A stretch of 64,000 nucleotides of DNA from a virus (lineage: Duplodnaviria > Caudoviricetes). The number at the start of each line of letters is the position of its first letter. Positions within the stretch are counted from its first letter, which is position 1. The stretch covers positions 74,778-138,777 of IMG/VR virus record IMGVR_UViG_3300036805_000167; one strand, given 5' to 3'. The position numbers were made by a program, and so were the translations under genes. Shown piece by piece: positions 1 to 7,829 of this stretch. A model generated the notes under the pieces. The model did not search any database. It was not told the DNA's origin and saw nothing but the letters and a program-made list of their open reading frames with translations.

Positions 1-276
1 GCCGAGCCATCCGTGGAAACTGACACGCCTGACGAGCTGATGTCAGTCAACGAGCCGAAGGCTGACACGCCTACCGAGCCCTGGGGCGCGCCGGAGACGG
101 TGCCCAGCATCGAGCACCGTGCGCCGAAGCTGCACGCCGTCGACGACCTGTCCAAGTTGACGTTGCCGCAGCTGCGTGACCTGGCCCGCGCCGAAGGCGC
201 GAGGGTCCGTGGCTCCAAGGCTGAGGTGGCCGCCGGCATCCGCGCCAACCGGACCGAGCAGGAGGCCAGCGCATGA
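1..276 (+). CDS. Protein with C-terminal SAP/Rho-N-like DNA-binding helix pair, probably 5'-truncated by the window
   Basis: Frame is open from base 1. C-terminal LSKLTLPQLRDLARAEGARVRGSKAEVAAGI resembles a SAP/Rho-N motif. Confidence 0.55.
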   Translation, partial: AEPSVETDTPDELMSVNEPKADTPTEPWGAPETVPSIEHRAPKLHAVDDLSKLTLPQLRDLARAEGARVRGSKAEVAAGIRANRTEQEASA

Positions 277-656
277 GCCGCTGCACCGATCACTGCCCAG
301 CGCCCGGTCGGGGCAGTTGGTGGCTGTTCGTCGTCGTCTCCACCGTGGTGTTCTCGACCGTCGCCACACTCGTGGTCCGTGGTGCCACTGCCGCGGACGG
401 TGCCGCCGACGCGGTTTTCCAGTGGCTGCTGATCGCCGCCGGACTGGCGGTCGCCACAGCCGGTGCCGGAGCTATCGCCTGGGGCGTCACCGACACGGTC
501 CGCTCCCGGACGGCGGTCGCCCGGTTCCAGGTCCACAACGCCACCCTCGGCGCGCGGGCGCTGACGGCGCGGAAGGCTCCGACGGCGCTGCCCGAGGCTC
601 CGGTGTACCGCGCGGACGCCGTGCGCGTCGCCGAGACCGAGCGCGAGCTGAGCTGA
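273..656 (+). CDS. Two-TM membrane protein (possible Spd-like spreading protein)
   Basis: Two hydrophobic segments; ATGA overlap with the upstream ORF; lies in the translocase operon. Confidence 0.6.
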   Translation: MSRCTDHCPAPGRGSWWLFVVVSTVVFSTVATLVVRGATAADGAADAVFQWLLIAAGLAVATAGAGAIAWGVTDTVRSRTAVARFQVHNATLGARALTARKAPTALPEAPVYRADAVRVAETERELS

Positions 657-659
657 CCC

Positions 660-1208
660 GTGCCTCGCGTCGAGCAACGACGTGCTTCCGAGGAGTTCGG
701 GGGCAAGCGCAAGCGCCGTACCCCCGGCCGTCGAGAGACGTCGTGGCAGCGCACGTCGCGGCGTGCGGGCAACGTGTTCCGCTACGGCCGCAAGGTGCAC
801 CGGCGTCACCGCGGCAAGACCGGGGCTGTGCTGTTCCTGGTGTCCTGCGCCGGCATCGCCGCGTCGATGGTTGCGTTCCAGGGCGCCGTGCAGCTCGTGA
901 CGATCGGGGCGTGCGGCGCGGGCATGGTCGGCGGTTACGTGCTGGACCGGCGTGCGCACGCCAAGAGCGCACAGTCGACACGGCGGGTGTCGTTCGCCGA
1001 CCGACGCCGTTACGCCACGAACCGTGCTGCTGGGCGTGCGTTCGATGACGACGACCCGTCGAGCACGCGTGTGCGGGTGCGGTCGCACACCCGTGACGGT
1101 GACGGCGTCGGCACGCACACCCGCGCACGCCCCGGCGCGCACGGCACAGCTGCGAAGCGTGCTGATCGGTGGGGTACCGAGGTCGACGACGAAGGGGGCA
1201 CGGCGTGA
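660..1208 (+). CDS. Basic two-TM membrane protein
   Basis: Arg-rich N-terminus, two hydrophobic segments, GTGA overlap with the translocase start. Confidence 0.55.
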   Translation: MPRVEQRRASEEFGGKRKRRTPGRRETSWQRTSRRAGNVFRYGRKVHRRHRGKTGAVLFLVSCAGIAASMVAFQGAVQLVTIGACGAGMVGGYVLDRRAHAKSAQSTRRVSFADRRRYATNRAAGRAFDDDDPSSTRVRVRSHTRDGDGVGTHTRARPGAHGTAAKRADRWGTEVDDEGGTA

Positions 1209-4200
1209 CCGTCACCGACGACCCGAGTACCGCTGTCGCCCGCCGGCCGGTCGGTGAGCTGGTGCTGTACGGACCCCTGGACGCCGCCGACACGCTGGTC
1301 TACGGCGCGCAGTCGGTGGTGGTGGGTGCGCTGGCGTTCATCTACCAGGACTGGTTGCCGTGGGTCCGCGACGACGCCCACACCGAGCGGCTCGACAAGG
1401 CCGACCGGATCGCCGGGGCCGCCGGGGGGCGGTTGTCGCTGCGGGAGCGTGAGGCGTGGCGGGAGCGCCGGGACCGGCGGATGCGTCGCACCTGGCAGGC
1501 CGTGTCGCTGTGCGTGCTGCTGGCCGTGGCGACGTGCGTGTCGGGGTTCGCGCCGTGGCCGTCGATCGGGTACGGGCTGGCCGTGACGGCCGTGATGGTC
1601 GTGCTCGCGCTGGTGGTCGACTCGAAAGAGGCGTCACGGTGGCTGCTGCGGCTGTGCGTGCTGCCGTGCGTGTGCTCCGTGCCGTTCGGTATCACGACGT
1701 GGCGGTGGTGGCCCGCGGCCGTGCTGTGCGTGCTGGCCGTGGCGGTGTGCGTGTGGCGTGGCCTGAACGTCACGCCACCGGCACGCCGTGACGGTGGCGG
1801 CCCGAAGCTGACCCGCCGGGACTGGGCGACGTTGTGGGCCTCGGCGTCGGGCGTGCTCGCCGAGCGTGGCAAAGAGCTGGAGCGCACCGGTGACGCACAC
1901 CCGATCAGCGCGGACGGCACAGAGCTCGGTGCCGGGTTCGGAGCTCGATGCGCCGACCCCGTGAGCCCGGACGACGTGCGTGCCCTGGAGCGCAATCTCG
2001 GGTTCCCGGTGGGCTCCTCGGCGTGGGTGCCGAACCCGAAGGCCGCGGGCACCGGGGAGCTGCGGCTGCTCTGGGCCGACCCGCTGCCGCCGAAGGCGAT
2101 GCCGCGCCGGGAGCCGATGTCGCTGTCCTACACCCGGCCGTTCGAGGTGGCCCGACGCACCGGGGGCCGCGTGACGTCACTGAGCCTGAATCGGACACGC
2201 ATGCTTTTTGCGGGCAATTCGGGGTGTATTGCGCCATGGACGCGCATCTACCTCCCCGACCGCGACGAGCACGTTCGTGTCGATGATCTCGCCGCAGCCG
2301 GAGAGGCAGTCACAGTCCAGGCATGGGATCCGTCTCGTGGCTGGGTTCGGGCTCAGACTCACGGGCCCCCGTACGTAAAAGGGACCGCGGCTTTGTATGA
2401 GGTGCGGTGCTCGGACGGGGCCACCATGACAGTGACGGGTCAGCACCGGTTCCTGACCCCGACAGGATGGCGTCGACTCGACTCGTTGCGCGCTGGACAG
2501 CTTCTCGCCGCACCTGCTCGCGCCGGTGGGCAGGGAGCTTCGGGATACCCGTCAGGGTCGTGCGTAGGTGCTCCGCGTTCGACGGGAACAGGCGCAGGTT
2601 GTCCGGGTGGTTGTTCGATGTGTCGCCGTCACGATGGTCGATCACCTCGTCCGGCGTCAGGTATCGGCCGAGCCGGTCTTCCATCACGACGCGGTGGACG
2701 GACACGTGGCCGTCCCATCGTTTCGCCTGAGGATGCTCCGGCATCCGCACGCTCACGTAGCCGTGCTTGTCGACGTGATAGCCCCGTAGCTGGGTGTTCC
2801 GTGACAGGGGCACAGCCTGGTTGCGGATCGGCACGCCCTGTTCCGGAAGCTGTCGGTACAGCCACTTCCACCCCACGCCCAGCTCTCCTGCGATGGGGCG
2901 GAGCCCCCAGCCCTGCTGGTACAGCTCGACGGCTCGCACGAGGGTGGTGGGGTCCAGCATCCGTGCAGTCTCTGCTGGTGTCTTCCCGTTCGTTTTTCTC
3001 ACTGGCCACCCCAGCTTGGCGAACTGCTGACTCACGGCCGTCTGAGTCACTCCGCAGCGCCTCGCAACTTCCGTGCAGGGCAACAACTCCTCAGTGTGCA
3101 GGCGGTACGCATCTCTTACTGACATCGACCACGTCGTTTCCTTCGGCACCACTTGATGGTACCAGGTGGCTCCGGATAGAGAGCGTTACACCTGCTGGTA
3201 AAGGTGTGTATTACGACCTGACGGTGCCTGGTCCTGAGTGCTACGTGGCCGAGGGGCTGCTAAACCACAACAGTGGGAAGTCGCAGGCGCTGCAGGATGT
3301 GCTGGACGCGGTGTGCGACATGCCCGACGCGACGTGGTCGGCGATCGACCGCCAGGAGGGCCCGACGTTCAAGGCGTATCGCAATCAGTGGAACCGCACC
3401 GGCACCTTCCACGAGAGCGACGACGCGCTAGGTGAGATCAAGCGGCTCCGGGCGCTGTGCAAGCAGCGCAACCGCCGTCTCGACGAGGGCATGGATGCCG
3501 ACCTGGACGGCGAGGTCGACCAGTGGTGGATCGTCGACGAATCCGGCGAGACCCCGGACCGCCGCGGGCACGTGCTGTTCATCGATGAGCTGTCCTCGGC
3601 GACCACCGATAAGGAGTTCGCCGAGAACCTGACCCTGCTGCTCGAGGTGTGCCGCAAGTCGAGCGTGTCGGTGGTGATGGCCAGCCCCGACCTGGATACC
3701 AACCGCGTGCCGCGGGCGGTGCTCGACCAGGTCAACGTCACGGTCGGGTTCGCCTGCCCGTTCTCGGATGCGGTGCAGATGTTCGGCAAGGGCTCGACGC
3801 AGTCTGGCTGGGAGCCGTACTCGCTGGTCACGGCCACTGACGACGAGCCCAACGACGCCGGCAAGGCGTTTATCCGCGGCGGCGGCTACAACCTGCCCGA
3901 GCTGCACCGCTTCGGCGCGATGGACCGCGAGGAGATCGTGGCGCGCAACCGCGCGCGGCGGCTGTGGCGCGAGCGGATGGGGATGAGCGCTGACGTCACG
4001 CCGGACGACGTCGAAGACGCCGAGATCGTCAGCGACGAAGAGATGGCGATCCGCGCGGCGCTGGAACTCTGCGGCGACCGCGCCGGACTTCCGGTCGCCG
4101 AGGCGAAGAAGTCCCTGACTGACGCACAGATCGCGTCGGTGCGGTCGGTGGCCCCGTCCCGCCCGACGCACGACCCCGGCGCGCGTCAGTCAGTCCGCGC

Positions 4201-4252
4201 GTACCGGCGGGAAGACCTGGTCAGCGCGTTGGAGGCGTTCGACGAGGCCTGA
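1205..4252 (+). CDS. FtsK/SpoIIIE (TraB-like) membrane DNA translocase, intein-containing
   Basis: N-terminal TM helices. Removing the intein restores Walker A GNSG|SGKS. Walker B HVLFIDE, a DAGKAFI motif and a C-terminal RAYRREDL end follow. GTG at 1205 follows a purine-rich RBS. Confidence 0.85.
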   Translation: MTVTDDPSTAVARRPVGELVLYGPLDAADTLVYGAQSVVVGALAFIYQDWLPWVRDDAHTERLDKADRIAGAAGGRLSLREREAWRERRDRRMRRTWQAVSLCVLLAVATCVSGFAPWPSIGYGLAVTAVMVVLALVVDSKEASRWLLRLCVLPCVCSVPFGITTWRWWPAAVLCVLAVAVCVWRGLNVTPPARRDGGGPKLTRRDWATLWASASGVLAERGKELERTGDAHPISADGTELGAGFGARCADPVSPDDVRALERNLGFPVGSSAWVPNPKAAGTGELRLLWADPLPPKAMPRREPMSLSYTRPFEVARRTGGRVTSLSLNRTRMLFAGNSGCIAPWTRIYLPDRDEHVRVDDLAAAGEAVTVQAWDPSRGWVRAQTHGPPYVKGTAALYEVRCSDGATMTVTGQHRFLTPTGWRRLDSLRAGQLLAAPARAGGQGASGYPSGSCVGAPRSTGTGAGCPGGCSMCRRHDGRSPRPASGIGRAGLPSRRGGRTRGRPIVSPEDAPASARSRSRACRRDSPVAGCSVTGAQPGCGSARPVPEAVGTATSTPRPALLRWGGAPSPAGTARRLARGWWGPASVQSLLVSSRSFFSLATPAWRTADSRPSESLRSASQLPCRATTPQCAGGTHLLLTSTTSFPSAPLDGTRWLRIESVTPAGKGVYYDLTVPGPECYVAEGLLNHNSGKSQALQDVLDAVCDMPDATWSAIDRQEGPTFKAYRNQWNRTGTFHESDDALGEIKRLRALCKQRNRRLDEGMDADLDGEVDQWWIVDESGETPDRRGHVLFIDELSSATTDKEFAENLTLLLEVCRKSSVSVVMASPDLDTNRVPRAVLDQVNVTVGFACPFSDAVQMFGKGSTQSGWEPYSLVTATDDEPNDAGKAFIRGGGYNLPELHRFGAMDREEIVARNRARRLWRERMGMSADVTPDDVEDAEIVSDEEMAIRAALELCGDRAGLPVAEAKKSLTDAQIASVRSVAPSRPTHDPGARQSVRAYRREDLVSALEAFDEA
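2310..3149 (-). CDS. HTH-HNH homing endonuclease encoded antisense inside the intein
   Basis: Two HTH-like segments (CTEVARRCGVTQTAVS; GLRPIAGELGVGWKWL), then GYVSVRMPEHP...HRVVMEDRLGRYLTPDEVIDHRDGDTSNNHPDNL, an HNH_3-type signature. Confidence 0.9.
   Translation of the reverse strand: MPKETTWSMSVRDAYRLHTEELLPCTEVARRCGVTQTAVSQQFAKLGWPVRKTNGKTPAETARMLDPTTLVRAVELYQQGWGLRPIAGELGVGWKWLYRQLPEQGVPIRNQAVPLSRNTQLRGYHVDKHGYVSVRMPEHPQAKRWDGHVSVHRVVMEDRLGRYLTPDEVIDHRDGDTSNNHPDNLRLFPSNAEHLRTTLTGIPKLPAHRREQVRREAVQRATSRVDAILSGSGTGADPSLSWWPRPSTAPHTKPRSLLRTGARESEPEPSHETDPMPGL
3150..3164 (-). promoter_or_regulatory. Extended -10 promoter (TGgTACCAT) for a leaderless HNH transcript
   Basis: Minus-strand TGG-TACCAT at 3164-3156, then 6 nt, then GTG at 3149. 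Same geometry as the other leaderless starts in this genome. Confidence 0.65.
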
Positions 4253-4288
4253 CGATCTGACGCGGCCTGACGTTCGACCTGACGAGGA
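4248..4288 (+). repeat. Four closely spaced CTGACG direct repeats directly after the translocase gene (clt-like)
   Basis: cctgacgatctgacgcggcctgacgttcgacctgacga. Confidence 0.55.
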
Positions 4289-4297
4289 GATGACACG

Positions 4298-4492
4298 GTG
4301 ACCGAGCCATCGGGGTACGACACGCCGACCGAGGACGACGTCTCGGAAGCGTTCGAGGACGGCTTCCGCGAGGGCATGCAGGCGGCTCGTTGCGGTGATG
4401 GCTGCCAGCACCACCGCACATGTCCGCAGAGCGACGAGTACCGGCTACCGCTGCGGGACAAGCTCAAGTCGCTGTTCGGGGGGCAGCAGTGA
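4298..4492 (+). CDS. Small hypothetical protein (Cys/His cluster)
   Basis: GAGGAG RBS upstream; CGDGCQHHRTC motif. Confidence 0.6.
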   Translation: MTEPSGYDTPTEDDVSEAFEDGFREGMQAARCGDGCQHHRTCPQSDEYRLPLRDKLKSLFGGQQ

Positions 4493-4974
4493 GCCACTCG
4501 ACGGTGGTTGTGGTCGTCACGGTGCTGGTCGTCATGCTGGCGCTGTTCGGCTACGGCTTCTACCGCGGCGCCCGCTACGGCGGCAAGCTGTCCGGTGCTG
4601 CGCCGCGGCCCTCGCGAGCTCCGCACCCGGACGGCAAGGGCTGGGACCCGACCGCGGTGTACGTCTACCTCGACGCCGACCAGGCGGTGCTCTACGCCGG
4701 CATCTCGTCGGCGCCGCAGATCAGGGCTCGACAGCACTGGGACGCTCCCGATGAGGTTGAGCTGTGCTCGCAGGTGGCGAACATCCGCGCGCACTGGTTC
4801 CCGGACCGCTACGCCGCGCTCTGTGTGGAATGGGCGCTGATCCACTACTTCGACCCGCCGTACAACAAGGCGCGTAGCGGCAGCTGCGACGCGTGGACCC
4901 AGCCGCGCCCGCCGATCGTGCCGGTGACGGTGAAGATCCCTCGTCGACGGGCGCTGGCGCGCTCCTTGCGCTAG
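4489..4974 (+). CDS. GIY-YIG nuclease-like protein with N-terminal TM anchor
   Basis: Hydrophobic N-terminus, then AVYVYLD...LYAGIS..PQIRARQH...ALCVEWALI...PPYN. Confidence 0.75.
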   Translation: MSHSTVVVVVTVLVVMLALFGYGFYRGARYGGKLSGAAPRPSRAPHPDGKGWDPTAVYVYLDADQAVLYAGISSAPQIRARQHWDAPDEVELCSQVANIRAHWFPDRYAALCVEWALIHYFDPPYNKARSGSCDAWTQPRPPIVPVTVKIPRRRALARSLR

Positions 4975-5001
4975 GGCACTCTGAGGCATAGAGTGAGAGT
5001 C

Positions 5002-5175
5002 ATGACCACGGACACGCTCCTCACGCTCGAGGAGGCCGCCACTCAGCTCGGTGTGGAACCGGAAGCCGTCAAGGCTCGGCTGCGGCCTGTCGGTTCGTTC
5101 ACCGAGCCGCCCCGACACACCGTGGCGCTGTACTCGGCCAACGACGTCGCGCGGATGGCGCGGAAGCCACGATGA
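5002..5175 (+). CDS. Small HTH DNA-binding protein
   Basis: LLTLEEAATQLGVEPEAVKARL; TAGAGT -10 lies 7 nt before the ATG. Confidence 0.65.
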   Translation: MTTDTLLTLEEAATQLGVEPEAVKARLRPVGSFTEPPRHTVALYSANDVARMARKPR

Positions 5176-5272
5176 GCCGCTTGGCCGAACTTCGACGACC
5201 CACCGTAACCAACCTTTAAGCCGGTTCGATTATCAGCAAGACGCTTTTCCCATCTGACCCATGGAGAACTCC

Positions 5273-6124
5273 GTGACCCGCTCCCTCCGGCCGCTCGCCC
5301 TCGTCGGCGCCGGCCTCATCGCGACAAGCCTGACCTTCGGGTCGGGCGTCGCGCTCGCCTCTCCGGCCCCGGCCGAGACCCCCGCCCTCTGCGTCTCCGT
5401 CGACGCGGCCGTCAAGGCGGTCAACACCGCCAAGAGCACCCTCGCCGACAAGGTGGCCGCCCTGACCGATGCGAACTCTGCGGTTACCGCTGCAGAGTCC
5501 GCGCTCAACCTGCTCCCCGCTGGCGACCCGGGACTCGGTGCAGCGCAGACCACCCTCCAGAACGACAAGCAGGCCGTGCAGGACGCCGAGGTCGCGAAGA
5601 ACGCCGCCCAGGCCGACCTCACTGGAGCCAAGCAGAGCAAGGAGAACGCACTCTCGGCGGTCGCTGACGCCGGCATCAACTGCGACACCGGCACCACCGC
5701 GCCGCCTGCGGAGACGACCACCACGCCGCCCGCGAAGACCAACACCACGCCGCCCGTCACTGAGCCGAAGCCAACCACGCTCACTGTCGCGGACGTCCGC
5801 GCGGAGATCGACGCGCTCAACTGCGATCACTTCGCGGAGAAGAACGGCAAGATCGAGGACGACTCGTTCTCGCTGATCGGGCACTCCACCAGTCAGGAGC
5901 GGGGGGCCCTTTCCGACGCCTACAGCGCCAAGCTCCACGACCTCAACTACTGCGTGAGCGGCTACACCCCGGCCCCGCAGAGCTCGACCGTGAACAACGG
6001 CAGCACCGAGATCAACAACGGCGTGGTCGTCAACCCGACCCAGGACGACGGCTCTAAGGCCACGACCTCGGGCAACGAGGTCACCGACGTTCCGAGCGGC
6101 TCCATCCAGACCGGGGCGGTGTAG
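5273..6124 (+). CDS. Secreted coiled-coil, Pro/Thr-rich protein; candidate sortase substrate
   Basis: Sec signal ending VALA|S, Ala-rich heptads, PT linker, four Cys, C-terminus VTDVPSGSIQTGAV. Confidence 0.75.
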   Translation: MTRSLRPLALVGAGLIATSLTFGSGVALASPAPAETPALCVSVDAAVKAVNTAKSTLADKVAALTDANSAVTAAESALNLLPAGDPGLGAAQTTLQNDKQAVQDAEVAKNAAQADLTGAKQSKENALSAVADAGINCDTGTTAPPAETTTTPPAKTNTTPPVTEPKPTTLTVADVRAEIDALNCDHFAEKNGKIEDDSFSLIGHSTSQERGALSDAYSAKLHDLNYCVSGYTPAPQSSTVNNGSTEINNGVVVNPTQDDGSKATTSGNEVTDVPSGSIQTGAV

Positions 6125-6129
6125 GGACC

Positions 6130-6729
6130 ATGCGAGTCGCCACCACTCGCGCGGTCCTCGCGCTCGCCACTGCCATCCTGCTCGGCGGCGGACTCCTGAC
6201 CGCCTGCTCCACGGACACCCCGGCAGCTCCTCCGCCGGGACAGGGCAGCATCGCCGCCCAGCAGCAGTCGACCGTCGCGCCCTTAGCCGACTACACCATG
6301 ACGGTGTCGAAGCTGGGGCTGTCCAACGCGGCTCTAGTGCCGCTCGGACTCAACGCCGACAAGACCATCCAGGTGCCGCCGCTCTCGGCGCCCCAGGAGC
6401 TCGGCGTCTACAGCAAGGGGCCGCTGCCCGGCGGCAAGGGTCCCGCGGTGATCCTGGGTCACATCAACGCCAACGGAGTGCCGGGAGCGTTCGCGCACCT
6501 CGACACACTTAAGGCCGGAGACCAGGTCGCAACCACCGCCCCGGGCGGCAAGGCCACGAAGTTCGTGGTTTACAAGGTGCAGACAGTGCCGAAGGCAGCG
6601 TTCCCGACTGCGGCGGTGTACTCCGACACCTCCGGGCCGGAGCTGCGGCTCATCACCTGTGGCGGTGCGCTGGATCGTTCAGCGCACAACTACCTCTCGA
6701 ACGTGATCGTCTGGGCTCGCCAGACCTGA
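6130..6729 (+). CDS. Class F sortase with lipoprotein-type signal
   Basis: GPAVILGH (catalytic His), ELRLITCGG (catalytic Cys), YLSNVIVWA; lipobox LTAC. Confidence 0.92.
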   Translation: MRVATTRAVLALATAILLGGGLLTACSTDTPAAPPPGQGSIAAQQQSTVAPLADYTMTVSKLGLSNAALVPLGLNADKTIQVPPLSAPQELGVYSKGPLPGGKGPAVILGHINANGVPGAFAHLDTLKAGDQVATTAPGGKATKFVVYKVQTVPKAAFPTAAVYSDTSGPELRLITCGGALDRSAHNYLSNVIVWARQT

Positions 6730-6736
6730 CGCAGAC

Positions 6737-6775
6737 CACAGCGCCCCCGTAGCATCTCGCTGCGGGGGCGCTGTG
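6737..6775. terminator. Bidirectional hairpin between convergent blocks
   Basis: CACAGCGCCCCCGTAGC-atctc-GCTGCGGGGGCGCTGTG. Confidence 0.8.
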
Positions 6776-6785
6776 CTGCGCGGCG

Positions 6786-7820
6786 TTAGCCAGTCACCGA
6801 AGCCAGCGTCGACCCCTTGGCAACACCGTGGAACACGATCTCCGAGGTCTTCCCGACCGCCGCGTCCCGATACGTGCCGATCTTGCCGTAGCTCGACTGC
6901 CCCGAGTACAACGTCCCGCCGTGGGCCTTGCCCGAGAAGGCCACCGCCCCGTTGTGCCACGCACTCACCGAGGCGTTGCCGGTGGTGAACGGCACCTCGA
7001 GGACCACCGAGTGCTTCACGTCGGTGGTCGCATCGCAGATGATCTCGGTGCCGGTCTCTGAGCCGCCAGCGGAGTGCCACTGCAGATAGACCGCATTACG
7101 ACCCGACTTGCTGCCGACCATGAGCTCCAGCGGCGGTGAGCCCGTCGAGGAGTTCTTGCACTGCGCAATGGTCTGCCAGGTACCGGTGCTCGTCGGGAAC
7201 CCACCGAGCAGCGTGAAGTCGTAACGCAGGAACAGGGTGCCAGTCAGGTTGCCCCACCCCGCGACGTACGCCTCGCAGCGCTGGTAGCTACCCGACGCCG
7301 CCGACGCGCCCGGCCCGGGTGAGCCGCCAGAAGACGGCAGCCTGACGTGCATGCCGTCCGACTGGAACGACGGCACAGCCGACTGGTGTGAGTCGTTCGC
7401 CGACGTCACCCCCGACGACGTCAAGACCGGGAGCGCCGCCCACTCTCCGGTCGTCGTTCCCGTGCCGGAGCCGGTGGTATCACCGCCTCCGCCGCTGCCA
7501 CCAGCAGAGCCAGAAGTGCGGTGAGCATCGATCCCCTTGATGAGTGCCTCGAGCAGCTGCGCCTTCTCGACCAACGTCCGCGCCTTGGGCGCGGCGCCGT
7601 AACGCGCAGTGGTCTGGTCGACGATCCCGTCCCAGGCCTGCGCGTCGCTGCGATAGGGACCGGGATCGCTACCCGAGACGGGTGCGGCGATGTTCAACCC
7701 GGCCGAGAGGTTCCACGCCGCAGCCAGGGCCTTGTCGAGGCGATCGAGGACGGTGTCCGGGTAGGAGCCAGAGCTGGCGCTACCGGTCAGTGCCGCGAGC
7801 AGGTTGGTCTCGTCGGACAT
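6786..7820 (-). CDS. Protein with C-terminal polysaccharide-lyase-like beta-jelly-roll domain
   Basis: RCE...FP..WQTIAQCK...GSPPLEL...WHNG...YGKIGTYR; helical N-terminus with a Gly linker. Confidence 0.65.
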   Translation of the reverse strand: MSDETNLLAALTGSASSGSYPDTVLDRLDKALAAAWNLSAGLNIAAPVSGSDPGPYRSDAQAWDGIVDQTTARYGAAPKARTLVEKAQLLEALIKGIDAHRTSGSAGGSGGGGDTTGSGTGTTTGEWAALPVLTSSGVTSANDSHQSAVPSFQSDGMHVRLPSSGGSPGPGASAASGSYQRCEAYVAGWGNLTGTLFLRYDFTLLGGFPTSTGTWQTIAQCKNSSTGSPPLELMVGSKSGRNAVYLQWHSAGGSETGTEIICDATTDVKHSVVLEVPFTTGNASVSAWHNGAVAFSGKAHGGTLYSGQSSYGKIGTYRDAAVGKTSEIVFHGVAKGSTLASVTG

Positions 7821-7829
7821 GTGCGTCTC

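Larger units (their letters stand above)
2225..3271 (+). mobile_element. Intein (349 aa) inserted in the Walker A P-loop
   Basis: Block A CIAPWTRI starts at Cys codon 2225; block B TVTGQHRFLT (TxxH); block F VYYDLTV; block G LLNHN followed by +1 Ser. Confidence 0.93.

Noticed and set aside
2225-3271. Group I/II intron or split intein as the explanation of the insert
   Set aside because: The reading frame is continuous with all intein blocks present, and no stop or restart lies between the N and C parts.
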